A stretch of DNA of 64,000 nucleotides from Gammaproteobacteria bacterium (GTDB taxonomy: Bacteria; Pseudomonadota; Gammaproteobacteria; Eutrophobiales; Eutrophobiaceae): assembly GCA_965215365.1 (NCBI GenBank), contig CBDCDS010000003.1, positions 2,048,001 through 2,112,000 of the forward strand, written 5' to 3'. The position numbers and the translations under genes were made by a program. Below the pieces are notes generated by a model that saw only the letters and a program-made list of their open reading frames with translations, was not told the DNA's origin and did not search any database. Below are positions 56,808 to 64,000 of the stretch, piece after piece (position 1 is the first letter of the stretch; every line of letters begins with the position of its first letter).

Positions 56808-58109
56808 TTATTGTGCCGGCCACCCATACTTTTTCAGGCTGACGTTGCCGCTGTCAAGAAAGACAACGCCCTCACCTCGGAGCAAGCGCCGTTGCTCTGA
56901 GGCCGGCCCGGCGCTTGTTCTAATTTCGCCTTTGCTACCAATGATTCTATACCAAGGCGCATCCGGCAGGTCTCGTAACGCCTCGCCCACTCTCTTTGCG
57001 CCCTGTACAGGATTCGGTGCCCCGGCCAGCTCTGCGACTTGCTTATAGGTTGCGACCCGCCCTGTTGGCACCTTGCTCACAGCCGCGGCGATAGCGCTCT
57101 CCCAACCAACCTCGGCTTCACCTGCGACAACCGGCGCCACTTCTTTCTGTTCAGCATCACTATCTGCCGCGACTGGCTGTGCCTGCTCTGGAGCGGGTTT
57201 TGCCGCGGCGGGTTCTGCCTCAACCGGCGCCGTTTCGGCAGCTTCTGCCGCAGCGGGCTCTGCCGCGGCTGGCTCTGCCTGTTTCTCCACCCGGCGCGTC
57301 GCCTTCTTCTTCACTTGGACTTTTTCCTTTGGCGGCGCTTTTTTCTGCTTGTGCCTGGGCAGCGGCGCGCCTTCGGCATCGAGTTCGATGAACTCGTCTT
57401 TGTCGCCGCCTTCACCAAGGTGTGCGACGGAGTCCTTGCCGTTAATAATGGCGTCGGCCACAGCTTTGGTATAAAGCTTGATGGAGCGGATGGCGTCATC
57501 ATTGCCGGGAATCACGTAATCGACGCCGTTCGGGCTGTTATTGCTATCTACCACGCCAACCACGGGGATCTTGAGTTTTACCGCTTCGCTGACTGCGATA
57601 TCCTCATAGCCCACGTCAATAATGAATAATGCGTCCGGCCAGCCGTCCATATCCTTGATGCCGGACATGTTGCGCTCCAGTTTGTCGAGTTCCCGTTGCA
57701 ACTGTAAGGCCTCTTTCTTGCTTAACCGGGCCATGCCGCCGTTGGTTTTCATTTCCTCCAGTTCACGCAGGCGGTTAATGGACTGCTTCACTGTCTTGTA
57801 GTTGGTCAGCAAGCCGCCCAGCCAGCGCAGGTTGACGTAAGGCATGCCGCAGCGTTCCGCCTCTTCCCGGATGGCTTGCTGCGCCGCGCGCTTGGTGCCT
57901 ACAAACAGTATCTTGCCCTTGTTTGCAGACAGCTTGCTGACATAATTCAAGGCTTCCTGGAACAGGACTTTGGTCTGTTCCAGATCGATAATATGGATTT
58001 TATTGCGGTGGCCGTACAGATAAGAGGCCATTTGCGGATTCCAGTAGCGGGTCTGGTGGCCAAAATGGACCCCCGCTTCCAGCATTTCGCGCATGCTGAT
58101 GTCTGACAT
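56808..58109 (-). CDS. rpsB: 30S ribosomal protein S2 fused to C-terminal alkyltransferase-like (ATL/MGMT-family) domain
   Basis: [17 protein letters not shown]...[10 protein letters not shown] core, AEP-rich linker, then [15 protein letters not shown]...PWYRI...QRRLL..EGV. Confidence 0.95.
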   Translation of the reverse strand: MSDISMREMLEAGVHFGHQTRYWNPQMASYLYGHRNKIHIIDLEQTKVLFQEALNYVSKLSANKGKILFVGTKRAAQQAIREEAERCGMPYVNLRWLGGLLTNYKTVKQSINRLRELEEMKTNGGMARLSKKEALQLQRELDKLERNMSGIKDMDGWPDALFIIDVGYEDIAVSEAVKLKIPVVGVVDSNNSPNGVDYVIPGNDDAIRSIKLYTKAVADAIINGKDSVAHLGEGGDKDEFIELDAEGAPLPRHKQKKAPPKEKVQVKKKATRRVEKQAEPAAAEPAAAEAAETAPVEAEPAAAKPAPEQAQPVAADSDAEQKEVAPVVAGEAEVGWESAIAAAVSKVPTGRVATYKQVAELAGAPNPVQGAKRVGEALRDLPDAPWYRIIGSKGEIRTSAGPASEQRRLLRGEGVVFLDSGNVSLKKYGWPAQ

Positions 58110-58126
58110 ACAATTACACTCCGAAC

Positions 58127-58212
58127 AGGGTTAAGCTGCCGCACATCACGCATATTGCCCGGAGCTCCGGGACCCTGATATGCGCTTAACCAATGTGCGT
58201 GTGGATTTACTT
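58127..58212 (-). ncRNA. rpsB leader (t44/S2 autoregulatory element), ends approximate
   Basis: CCACAC...GGGT-CCCGG hairpin...TAACCC pattern upstream of rpsB. Confidence 0.65.
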
Positions 58213-58219
58213 GTGTTTA

Positions 58220-58238
58220 CGGCAGGCACTTTATAACA
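58220..58238 (-). promoter_or_regulatory. extended -10 promoter of rpsB-tsf
   Basis: TGtTATAAA followed by GC-rich gtgcctgccg, resembling the enterobacterial rpsB promoter. Confidence 0.6.
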
Positions 58239-58276
58239 TAGAAACCTGCAAACGACAACTTTTCCTCGCTTGATTT

Positions 58277-59044
58277 ATGGCAATTTCTCTGAAAACTCCC
58301 GCTGAGATCGACAAAATGCGCGTGGCTGGCGCGCTGGCGGCGTCGGTGCTGGACATGGTGGGAACCCATGTCCGGGCCGGTGTCACCACCGCCGAACTCG
58401 ATAAAATCTGCCACGACTACATCGTTGAGGAACTAAAGGCCACTCCGGCACCGCTGAACTATCGCGGCTTTCCCCGCTCTATCTGCACCTCGGTCAACCA
58501 TGTGGTCTGCCACGGCATTCCCGGCAACAAGCGCTTGCGCAACGGCGACATCATGAATATCGACATTACCGTCATCAAGGACGGGTATCATGGCGATACC
58601 AGCAAGATGTTCTGTGTCGGCCAGCCATCGATACGGGCCAGACGGCTGGTGCAGACTACGCGGGAGTGCCTGCTGCTCGGTATCGGCATGGTCAGGCCGG
58701 GCGTGCGCCTGGGCGACATAGGTCACGCCATCCAGTCCTACGCCGAAGCCAGACAGTTCTCCGTGGTGCGGGAATACTGCGGCCACGGCATTGGCCGACA
58801 GTTCCACGAAGACCCGCAGGTGCTGCACTATGGCGTGCCCGGCACCGGCGTCACCCTGGAACCGGGTATGACGTTTACCATAGAACCCATGATCAACGCC
58901 GGCAAACGCTATGTCAAACAGTTGCCCGACAACTGGACCGTAGTCACCAAGGATCGCTCCCTGTCGGCGCAGTGGGAACACACCTTGCTGGTTACCGCGG
59001 ACGGCCATGAAGTCCTGACCCGGCGCCCGGAAGAGGAGCTCTGA
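58277..59044 (+). CDS. map: methionine aminopeptidase type I
   Basis: CTSVNHVVCHGIP, NIDITV, HGDTS, GHGIG..FHE.P, TIEPM, SAQWEHT. Confidence 0.98.
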   Translation: MAISLKTPAEIDKMRVAGALAASVLDMVGTHVRAGVTTAELDKICHDYIVEELKATPAPLNYRGFPRSICTSVNHVVCHGIPGNKRLRNGDIMNIDITVIKDGYHGDTSKMFCVGQPSIRARRLVQTTRECLLLGIGMVRPGVRLGDIGHAIQSYAEARQFSVVREYCGHGIGRQFHEDPQVLHYGVPGTGVTLEPGMTFTIEPMINAGKRYVKQLPDNWTVVTKDRSLSAQWEHTLLVTADGHEVLTRRPEEEL

Positions 59045-59055
59045 CTTAATCAGAA

Positions 59056-61698
59056 ATGACGTCGGTGTCTATTGACAAAGCACTGCTGTTCGATAAAGCC
59101 ATGCTGGCGGGAGGCGGCGCGTCGGCAAACTGTTTCCGGGAAGCGTTGCAACGCGGGGACGACTACCTGGATCAGCGCTTTGCCGCCGGCGCTCCGATCC
59201 GGGATGTCATCTACCAACGCGCCTGGCTGGTTGACCAGTTGTTGAGTCATGCCTGGCAGGCTCATATCGACAGTGACGCCATGGCACTGGTTGCCACAGG
59301 CGGTTACGGACGCAGGGATTTACTGCCGCACTCGGATGTGGACCTGTTGCTGCTGCTCAAGCCGCACGCGCAAAAGCGCCTTAAGCCCGGCATTGAAGCC
59401 TTGCTCGCGTTCCTCTGGGACACGGGCCTGGAGGTGGGGCATAGTGTGCGCACAGTGAAGGATTGTGTGCGCGAGGCAAAAGCCGATATCACCATTGCCA
59501 CCAACCTCATGGAAGCCAGACTGATTACCGGCAACCGGGAATTATTTAACACCATGCTCGACCGGACCGGCCCCGCCAACATCTGGCCGTCCAGAAAATT
59601 CTTTGCCGCCAAGTGGGAAGAACAGCAGGCGCGTCACCGTAAATTCCACGATACTGAATATAACCTGGAACCCAACGTCAAAGAAGGCCCGGGCGGGTTG
59701 CGCGACATCCAGACCATCGGCTGGGTCGCCAAACGCCATTTCGGCGCCGAACGTCTGAGGGAACTGGTTAAACATCGCTTCCTGACGCAAGCGGAATATG
59801 ACAGCCTGACCCGGGGCAATAATTTTCTCTGGCAGGTACGCTATGCCTTACACCGGGTTTGTGGCCGGCGAGAGGAGCGCCTGTTGTTCGATCATCAGAA
59901 AACCGTGGCCGCCAGATTCGGCTATCGCGCCGCGGATAACTCAGGCGTGGAACAGTTTATGAAAACCTATTACCAGACGGTCAAGGAAATCAGCCGTTTG
60001 AACGAAATGCTGTTGCAGCATTTCCAGGAAGAAATCATCTACTCGCAGCGGCGGGAAAAATTGCGGCCATTGAACAAGCGCTTTCGCGCCAGAAACGATT
60101 TTATCGAGGTAACCCACCGTCAGGTCTTCAAACGACACCCGCTGGCCCTGCTGGAGATATTCCTGCTGCTGCAACAAAACCGTAAGTTGCGCGGCGTCCG
60201 GGCCAGCACGATCAGGCTGATCCGTGAATCGCTGCATCTGATCGACGCCGACTTTCGGCGCGACCTAGGCAGCCAGACCCTGTTCCTGGAGATCATCCGC
60301 CAGCCGCGCTGGGTCGGACATGAGTTGCGGCGCATGCACAAATACGGCGTGCTGGGCGCGTATATGCCCGAATTTGCCCAGGTGGAAGGGCTGATGCAGT
60401 TCGATCTGTTCCATGTTTACACGGTGGATGAGCATATCCTGTTTGTCATCCGCAACATGCGCTGGTTCGGCCTAGACGAATACCGACAAAAGTTTCCCCT
60501 GTGCCGACAGGCTCTGGAACAGGTGCCTAAACAGGAATTGCTGTATCTTGCCGGCATGTTCCACGACTTGGCCAAAGGCCGGGACGGCGATCATTCCAGT
60601 CTGGGCGCCGCTGAGGCCCTGGCTTTCTGCCAACGGCACCACTTAAGCGAATACGACGCGCAACTGGTAGCCTGGCTGGTGGAACATCATCTGCTGATGT
60701 CCAAAACCGCGCAGCGCGAAGATATCAGCGACCCGGAGGTCATTAACCGCTTCGCCCGCAAAGTGGGCGACATTATTCACCTGAACTATCTCTACCTGCT
60801 GACAGTCGCCGACATCAACGGCACCAACCCGGCGCTGTGGAACAGCTGGAAAGATTCTCTGTTCGCCAACCTGTACCGCACTACCCTGGGGGCGTTACGG
60901 CGCGGATTGGAAAACCCGATCAACAAGGCTGAGCTGATTGCGGACACAAAGACCCGCGCCCGCACGATTATTAACGACGAACGCCGGCGCGCGGTCGATA
61001 CCGGGCTGGTCTGGTCTCAGCGCAGCGACGATTATTTCCTGCGTTATTCCGCCTCGGAAATTGCCTGGCACACCGCGTCCATTCCAGCAACCAGTGCGCA
61101 ACGCCTGCCCCTGATCCTGCTGCGGGAAGAAACCGAACGCGGCGCTACCGCATTGTTCATCTACATGCACGATCACGACAACATTTTCTCGCACATCTCC
61201 CAGACCCTGGACCTGCTGAACCTGAATGTAGTCGATGCCCGGGTTATGAATTCCACCCACGGTTACACACTGGATACGTTCAGTGTGCTGGAAAAATCCG
61301 GCGCGGTAGTGACCGGCCGCACCCGCAAAAAGGAAATTACCGATACCCTGCGCCGCAATCTGACCTCATTGCAGCGACCGCTGAAGCGCATAGAGCGCAT
61401 CAGGTCGCGCCGCCTGCAACATTTCTCCGTCCCCGTGCGCGTCGATTTCAGCATTGACACCAAGAACGCACGCAACGTCATGGAAGTCAGCGCCAGAGAC
61501 CGCCCCGGCTTCCTGTCTGCAGTCGGTCTGGCGCTGCAACACTGCGGCGCCCGCGTACAATCAGCAAAAATCGCCACCTACGGCGAACGCGTGGAAGACC
61601 TGTTCTACATCACCGACCGCAACAACCGGCTCATCACGGATGAAACCCGACTGAAATGCCTGAGTGACACCATCACGGCCTCCCTGGGCATGGGTTAA
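59056..61698 (+). CDS. glnD: PII uridylyltransferase/uridylyl-removing enzyme
   Basis: GGYGR..L.PHSDVD, LEPNVKEGPGGLRD, FHVYTVDEH, HD motif, ACT domains. Confidence 0.97.
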   Translation: MTSVSIDKALLFDKAMLAGGGASANCFREALQRGDDYLDQRFAAGAPIRDVIYQRAWLVDQLLSHAWQAHIDSDAMALVATGGYGRRDLLPHSDVDLLLLLKPHAQKRLKPGIEALLAFLWDTGLEVGHSVRTVKDCVREAKADITIATNLMEARLITGNRELFNTMLDRTGPANIWPSRKFFAAKWEEQQARHRKFHDTEYNLEPNVKEGPGGLRDIQTIGWVAKRHFGAERLRELVKHRFLTQAEYDSLTRGNNFLWQVRYALHRVCGRREERLLFDHQKTVAARFGYRAADNSGVEQFMKTYYQTVKEISRLNEMLLQHFQEEIIYSQRREKLRPLNKRFRARNDFIEVTHRQVFKRHPLALLEIFLLLQQNRKLRGVRASTIRLIRESLHLIDADFRRDLGSQTLFLEIIRQPRWVGHELRRMHKYGVLGAYMPEFAQVEGLMQFDLFHVYTVDEHILFVIRNMRWFGLDEYRQKFPLCRQALEQVPKQELLYLAGMFHDLAKGRDGDHSSLGAAEALAFCQRHHLSEYDAQLVAWLVEHHLLMSKTAQREDISDPEVINRFARKVGDIIHLNYLYLLTVADINGTNPALWNSWKDSLFANLYRTTLGALRRGLENPINKAELIADTKTRARTIINDERRRAVDTGLVWSQRSDDYFLRYSASEIAWHTASIPATSAQRLPLILLREETERGATALFIYMHDHDNIFSHISQTLDLLNLNVVDARVMNSTHGYTLDTFSVLEKSGAVVTGRTRKKEITDTLRRNLTSLQRPLKRIERIRSRRLQHFSVPVRVDFSIDTKNARNVMEVSARDRPGFLSAVGLALQHCGARVQSAKIATYGERVEDLFYITDRNNRLITDETRLKCLSDTITASLGMG

Positions 61699-61709
61699 AG
61701 TGTGGACTC

Positions 61710-63188
61710 CTACTCATCATTCTCTGGCAATTTAAGCGCCAGAAAGGTTGGCGCACCGCCTCGTTGAATGAGGATGGGGAGCGAGCGGTTGCGGGGGAGC
61801 TCGGCCAACAGTTGCTCAAATTGCGATACGTCGGCGACCTCTTCGTTGTTCATCATCAGGATTACGTCACCCCGGCGTATGCCGGCAGCGCGGCCCGGGC
61901 CTGGCATGACGTTTGCCACCATGACACCGCCTGCCGGCAGGTCCAGTTTTGCTCTCTGCGCGTCAGTCAGGTTGCGTACTAGGACTTTCATTGCATTGAC
62001 CGGTGCGGCACGCGAGTCAGGGTTCCGGGCGCTGGCCAGCTGGTTCTCTTCGGGCAATTCGGCAATCAGCACCTTGAGTGTTTTACGCGCACCGGCGCGC
62101 ATGACTTTTAGCGGCACCCTGGTATTGATTTTGCTGTTCCCTACCAGCGGTGGCAGGTCCGCTGAAAACGCGATGCCGGTGCCGTCATACTCGACGATGA
62201 CATCGCCCACTTCAATGCCGGCGGCAGCTGCGGGGCTGTCGGGCAACACCTGTGCCACCAACGCGCCATGCGGCTTGTCCATGGCAAAAGATTCGGCCAG
62301 CTCCCGGGTGACATCCTGGATCAGCACGCCGAGCCAGCCGCGGCTCACGCGCCCGGATTCACGCAGCTGTGTATATACGTTGAGCACCACATCGATCGGC
62401 ACTGCGAAAGACAGGCCCATAAACCCACCGGTACGACTGTAGATCTGGGCATTGACTCCGACGACCTCGCCGTCCAGATTGAACAAGGGGCCGCCGGAAT
62501 TACCCGGGTTGATGGCGACATCGGTCTGGATGAAAGGAACGTAATTTTCGTTGGGCAGGCTTCTCCCTATGGCGCTGATGATGCCCTGCGTCACCGAATA
62601 GTCGAAGCCGAAAGGCGAACCGATGGCCAGCACCCACTCGCCTACTTCCAGATCAACGGAACTGCCCAGTTTGACTACCGGCAGGTCGTTGCCGTCAATT
62701 TTGAGTACGGCAATATCGCTGCGCCGGTCAGTACCGACTATCTCGGCGACAAATTCCCTGCGATCGTTGAGCCTGACAATAACTTCCCGGGCATCGGCGA
62801 CCACATGGTTATTGGTAATCACGTAACCGTCCGTGGAGATAATAAAGCCTGAACCCAGGGAAGCCGACTGTCGCGGCGGCGCGTCCGGGTTGCCGGGCGC
62901 CTGTTCTTCAAAGAACTTACGGAAAAAATCGTGAAACGGGCTGTCGTCAGGCAATTCGGGGATTTGCGGGCCTGCGGATGCCGGCGCCTCATCCTGTTTG
63001 GCAACAGTGCTGATATTGACGACTGCCGCAGAGTTCTCCCGCACCATGTCGGTGAAGTCCGGTAGCGGCGTGGCACCCGTCGAGGGGGCATGAAAGCAGA
63101 CAAGTAGTAGCAGGAAACAGCCGACGCGGTTAAGAGCGCCGCTAACAACAGTGCGAAGGGTCGTTACCGAGGTTGTTTTAACAATCAT
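61710..63188 (-). CDS. DegP/DegQ (MucD) periplasmic serine protease
   Basis: TNNHVV, SDIA, QTDVAINPGNSGGPL, two PDZ domains. Confidence 0.95.
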   Translation of the reverse strand: MIVKTTSVTTLRTVVSGALNRVGCFLLLLVCFHAPSTGATPLPDFTDMVRENSAAVVNISTVAKQDEAPASAGPQIPELPDDSPFHDFFRKFFEEQAPGNPDAPPRQSASLGSGFIISTDGYVITNNHVVADAREVIVRLNDRREFVAEIVGTDRRSDIAVLKIDGNDLPVVKLGSSVDLEVGEWVLAIGSPFGFDYSVTQGIISAIGRSLPNENYVPFIQTDVAINPGNSGGPLFNLDGEVVGVNAQIYSRTGGFMGLSFAVPIDVVLNVYTQLRESGRVSRGWLGVLIQDVTRELAESFAMDKPHGALVAQVLPDSPAAAAGIEVGDVIVEYDGTGIAFSADLPPLVGNSKINTRVPLKVMRAGARKTLKVLIAELPEENQLASARNPDSRAAPVNAMKVLVRNLTDAQRAKLDLPAGGVMVANVMPGPGRAAGIRRGDVILMMNNEEVADVSQFEQLLAELPRNRSLPILIQRGGAPTFLALKLPENDE

Positions 63189-63727
63189 TGGCAGGCCTCC
63201 TCCAGAGCGGTATTATCTGCTCGTTGCTCGGTCTGTTGCCGGCCTCTTTGCGGAAGCTCACATTCCTTGTTTGTCGTCACCGCGCCTGAACTCACCTGGC
63301 GCACCGGCGCCTTGACGTTGCCAGTGCCTACGCCTCCCGGCACAGCTTGTAGCAATGAGTCCCCGGAAACGTCATGGGGGACCTGCAACTGCTGCTGTTG
63401 TATGCCAAAGATGGCCAGCGCCGCAACAGAAGCAGCCAGGGCGAAACCGGTGACGGGTTTTACCAGCCTGGCAGGAACGCGTGTCGGTGCCAGGATTGTG
63501 GGTTCCTGTGCCAAGGATTTGGCAACCCTTGCGGACAGGTCGAGCTCTATCTGTGTCGGCATTTGTGCGGGCACCTGTTGTTGCAGGCAATCTGAAATCA
63601 GGTGGTAACGGGACCAGGTTTCCAGCAATTCGGGCTCCTGCAGCAATTCATCGATCAGTTCCCGTTGCCGCCCGCCGGCCTCACCATCCATTAACGCAGA
63701 CAACTGTTCTTTCGTCATTTCGTTCAT
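63185..63727 (-). CDS. rseA: anti-sigma-E factor RseA/MucA; ATG start proposed
   Basis: EQLSALMDGE, WSRYHLI, ALAASVA TM helix; follows rpoE. Confidence 0.9.
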   Translation of the reverse strand: MNEMTKEQLSALMDGEAGGRQRELIDELLQEPELLETWSRYHLISDCLQQQVPAQMPTQIELDLSARVAKSLAQEPTILAPTRVPARLVKPVTGFALAASVAALAIFGIQQQQLQVPHDVSGDSLLQAVPGGVGTGNVKAPVRQVSSGAVTTNKECELPQRGRQQTEQRADNTALEEACQ

Positions 63728-63732
63728 AACAC

Positions 63733-64000
63733 TCAGTCGTTCAGTAAGGGCTCTATCTGTTTGTTCACCGCTTCCCTGGCCCGGAAGATACGGGAGCGCA
63801 CCGTACCGACGGGACAATCCATGGCTGTGGCAATTTCTTCGTAGCTCAAACCGTCAATTTCGCGCAAGGTGATGGCCGCACGCAAATCTGCCGGCAGCTC
63901 TTCAATAGTCGTTATTATTGTCTCCTGAAGTTCGTGGGTAAGCAACATGCGCTCAGGCGTCGTCTGGTCCTTTAGAGTGTCGCTGGTATCGATTTGTTCC
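63733..64000 (-). CDS. rpoE: RNA polymerase sigma-E factor, 3' part (runs off window)
   Basis: LPADLRAAITLREIDGLSYEEIA..MDCPVGTVRSRIFRAREA. Confidence 0.95.
   Translation of the reverse strand, partial: EQIDTSDTLKDQTTPERMLLTHELQETIITTIEELPADLRAAITLREIDGLSYEEIATAMDCPVGTVRSRIFRAREAVNKQIEPLLND

Overview
Core-genome window of a GC-rich gammaproteobacterium. The giant Calx-beta surface protein and Uma2 nuclease suggest a host-associated, possibly sponge-symbiont, lineage (inference). Left to right: fabF-pabC-mltG-tmk-holB-tatD; a class V aminotransferase; a 7-gene furan/cyclopropane fatty-acid cluster; an orphan tRNA-Leu 3' half; a Uma2 gene; a near-canonical dif site embedded in a long hairpin; tRNA-Gly/Cys/Leu, pgsA, uvrC; a complete minus-strand rRNA operon; tyrS, anmK, erpA, bactofilin, argC, photolyase; the rpsB-to-tilS superoperon, interrupted by a 1726-aa surface protein between rseP and bamA; then map, glnD, degP, rseA and partial rpoE. 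Three observations stand out. (1) Ribosomal protein S2 is fused in frame, through a Pro/Ala/Glu linker, to a complete alkyltransferase-like (ATL/YbaZ) domain. (2) Eleven copies of a 128-bp hairpin element form three tandem arrays inside the rRNA operon, each ending 1-4 nt from the mature 5' end of 16S, tRNA-Ile or tRNA-Ala, with compensatory base changes between variants. (3) The dif site carries an inverted second XerD arm, resembling an IMEX/attP relic, and lies only about 4 kb from the rRNA operon. Two further MITE-like repeat families are dispersed in intergenic regions. All calls were made by eye from the sequence and the ORF track; no searches or folding computations were run.
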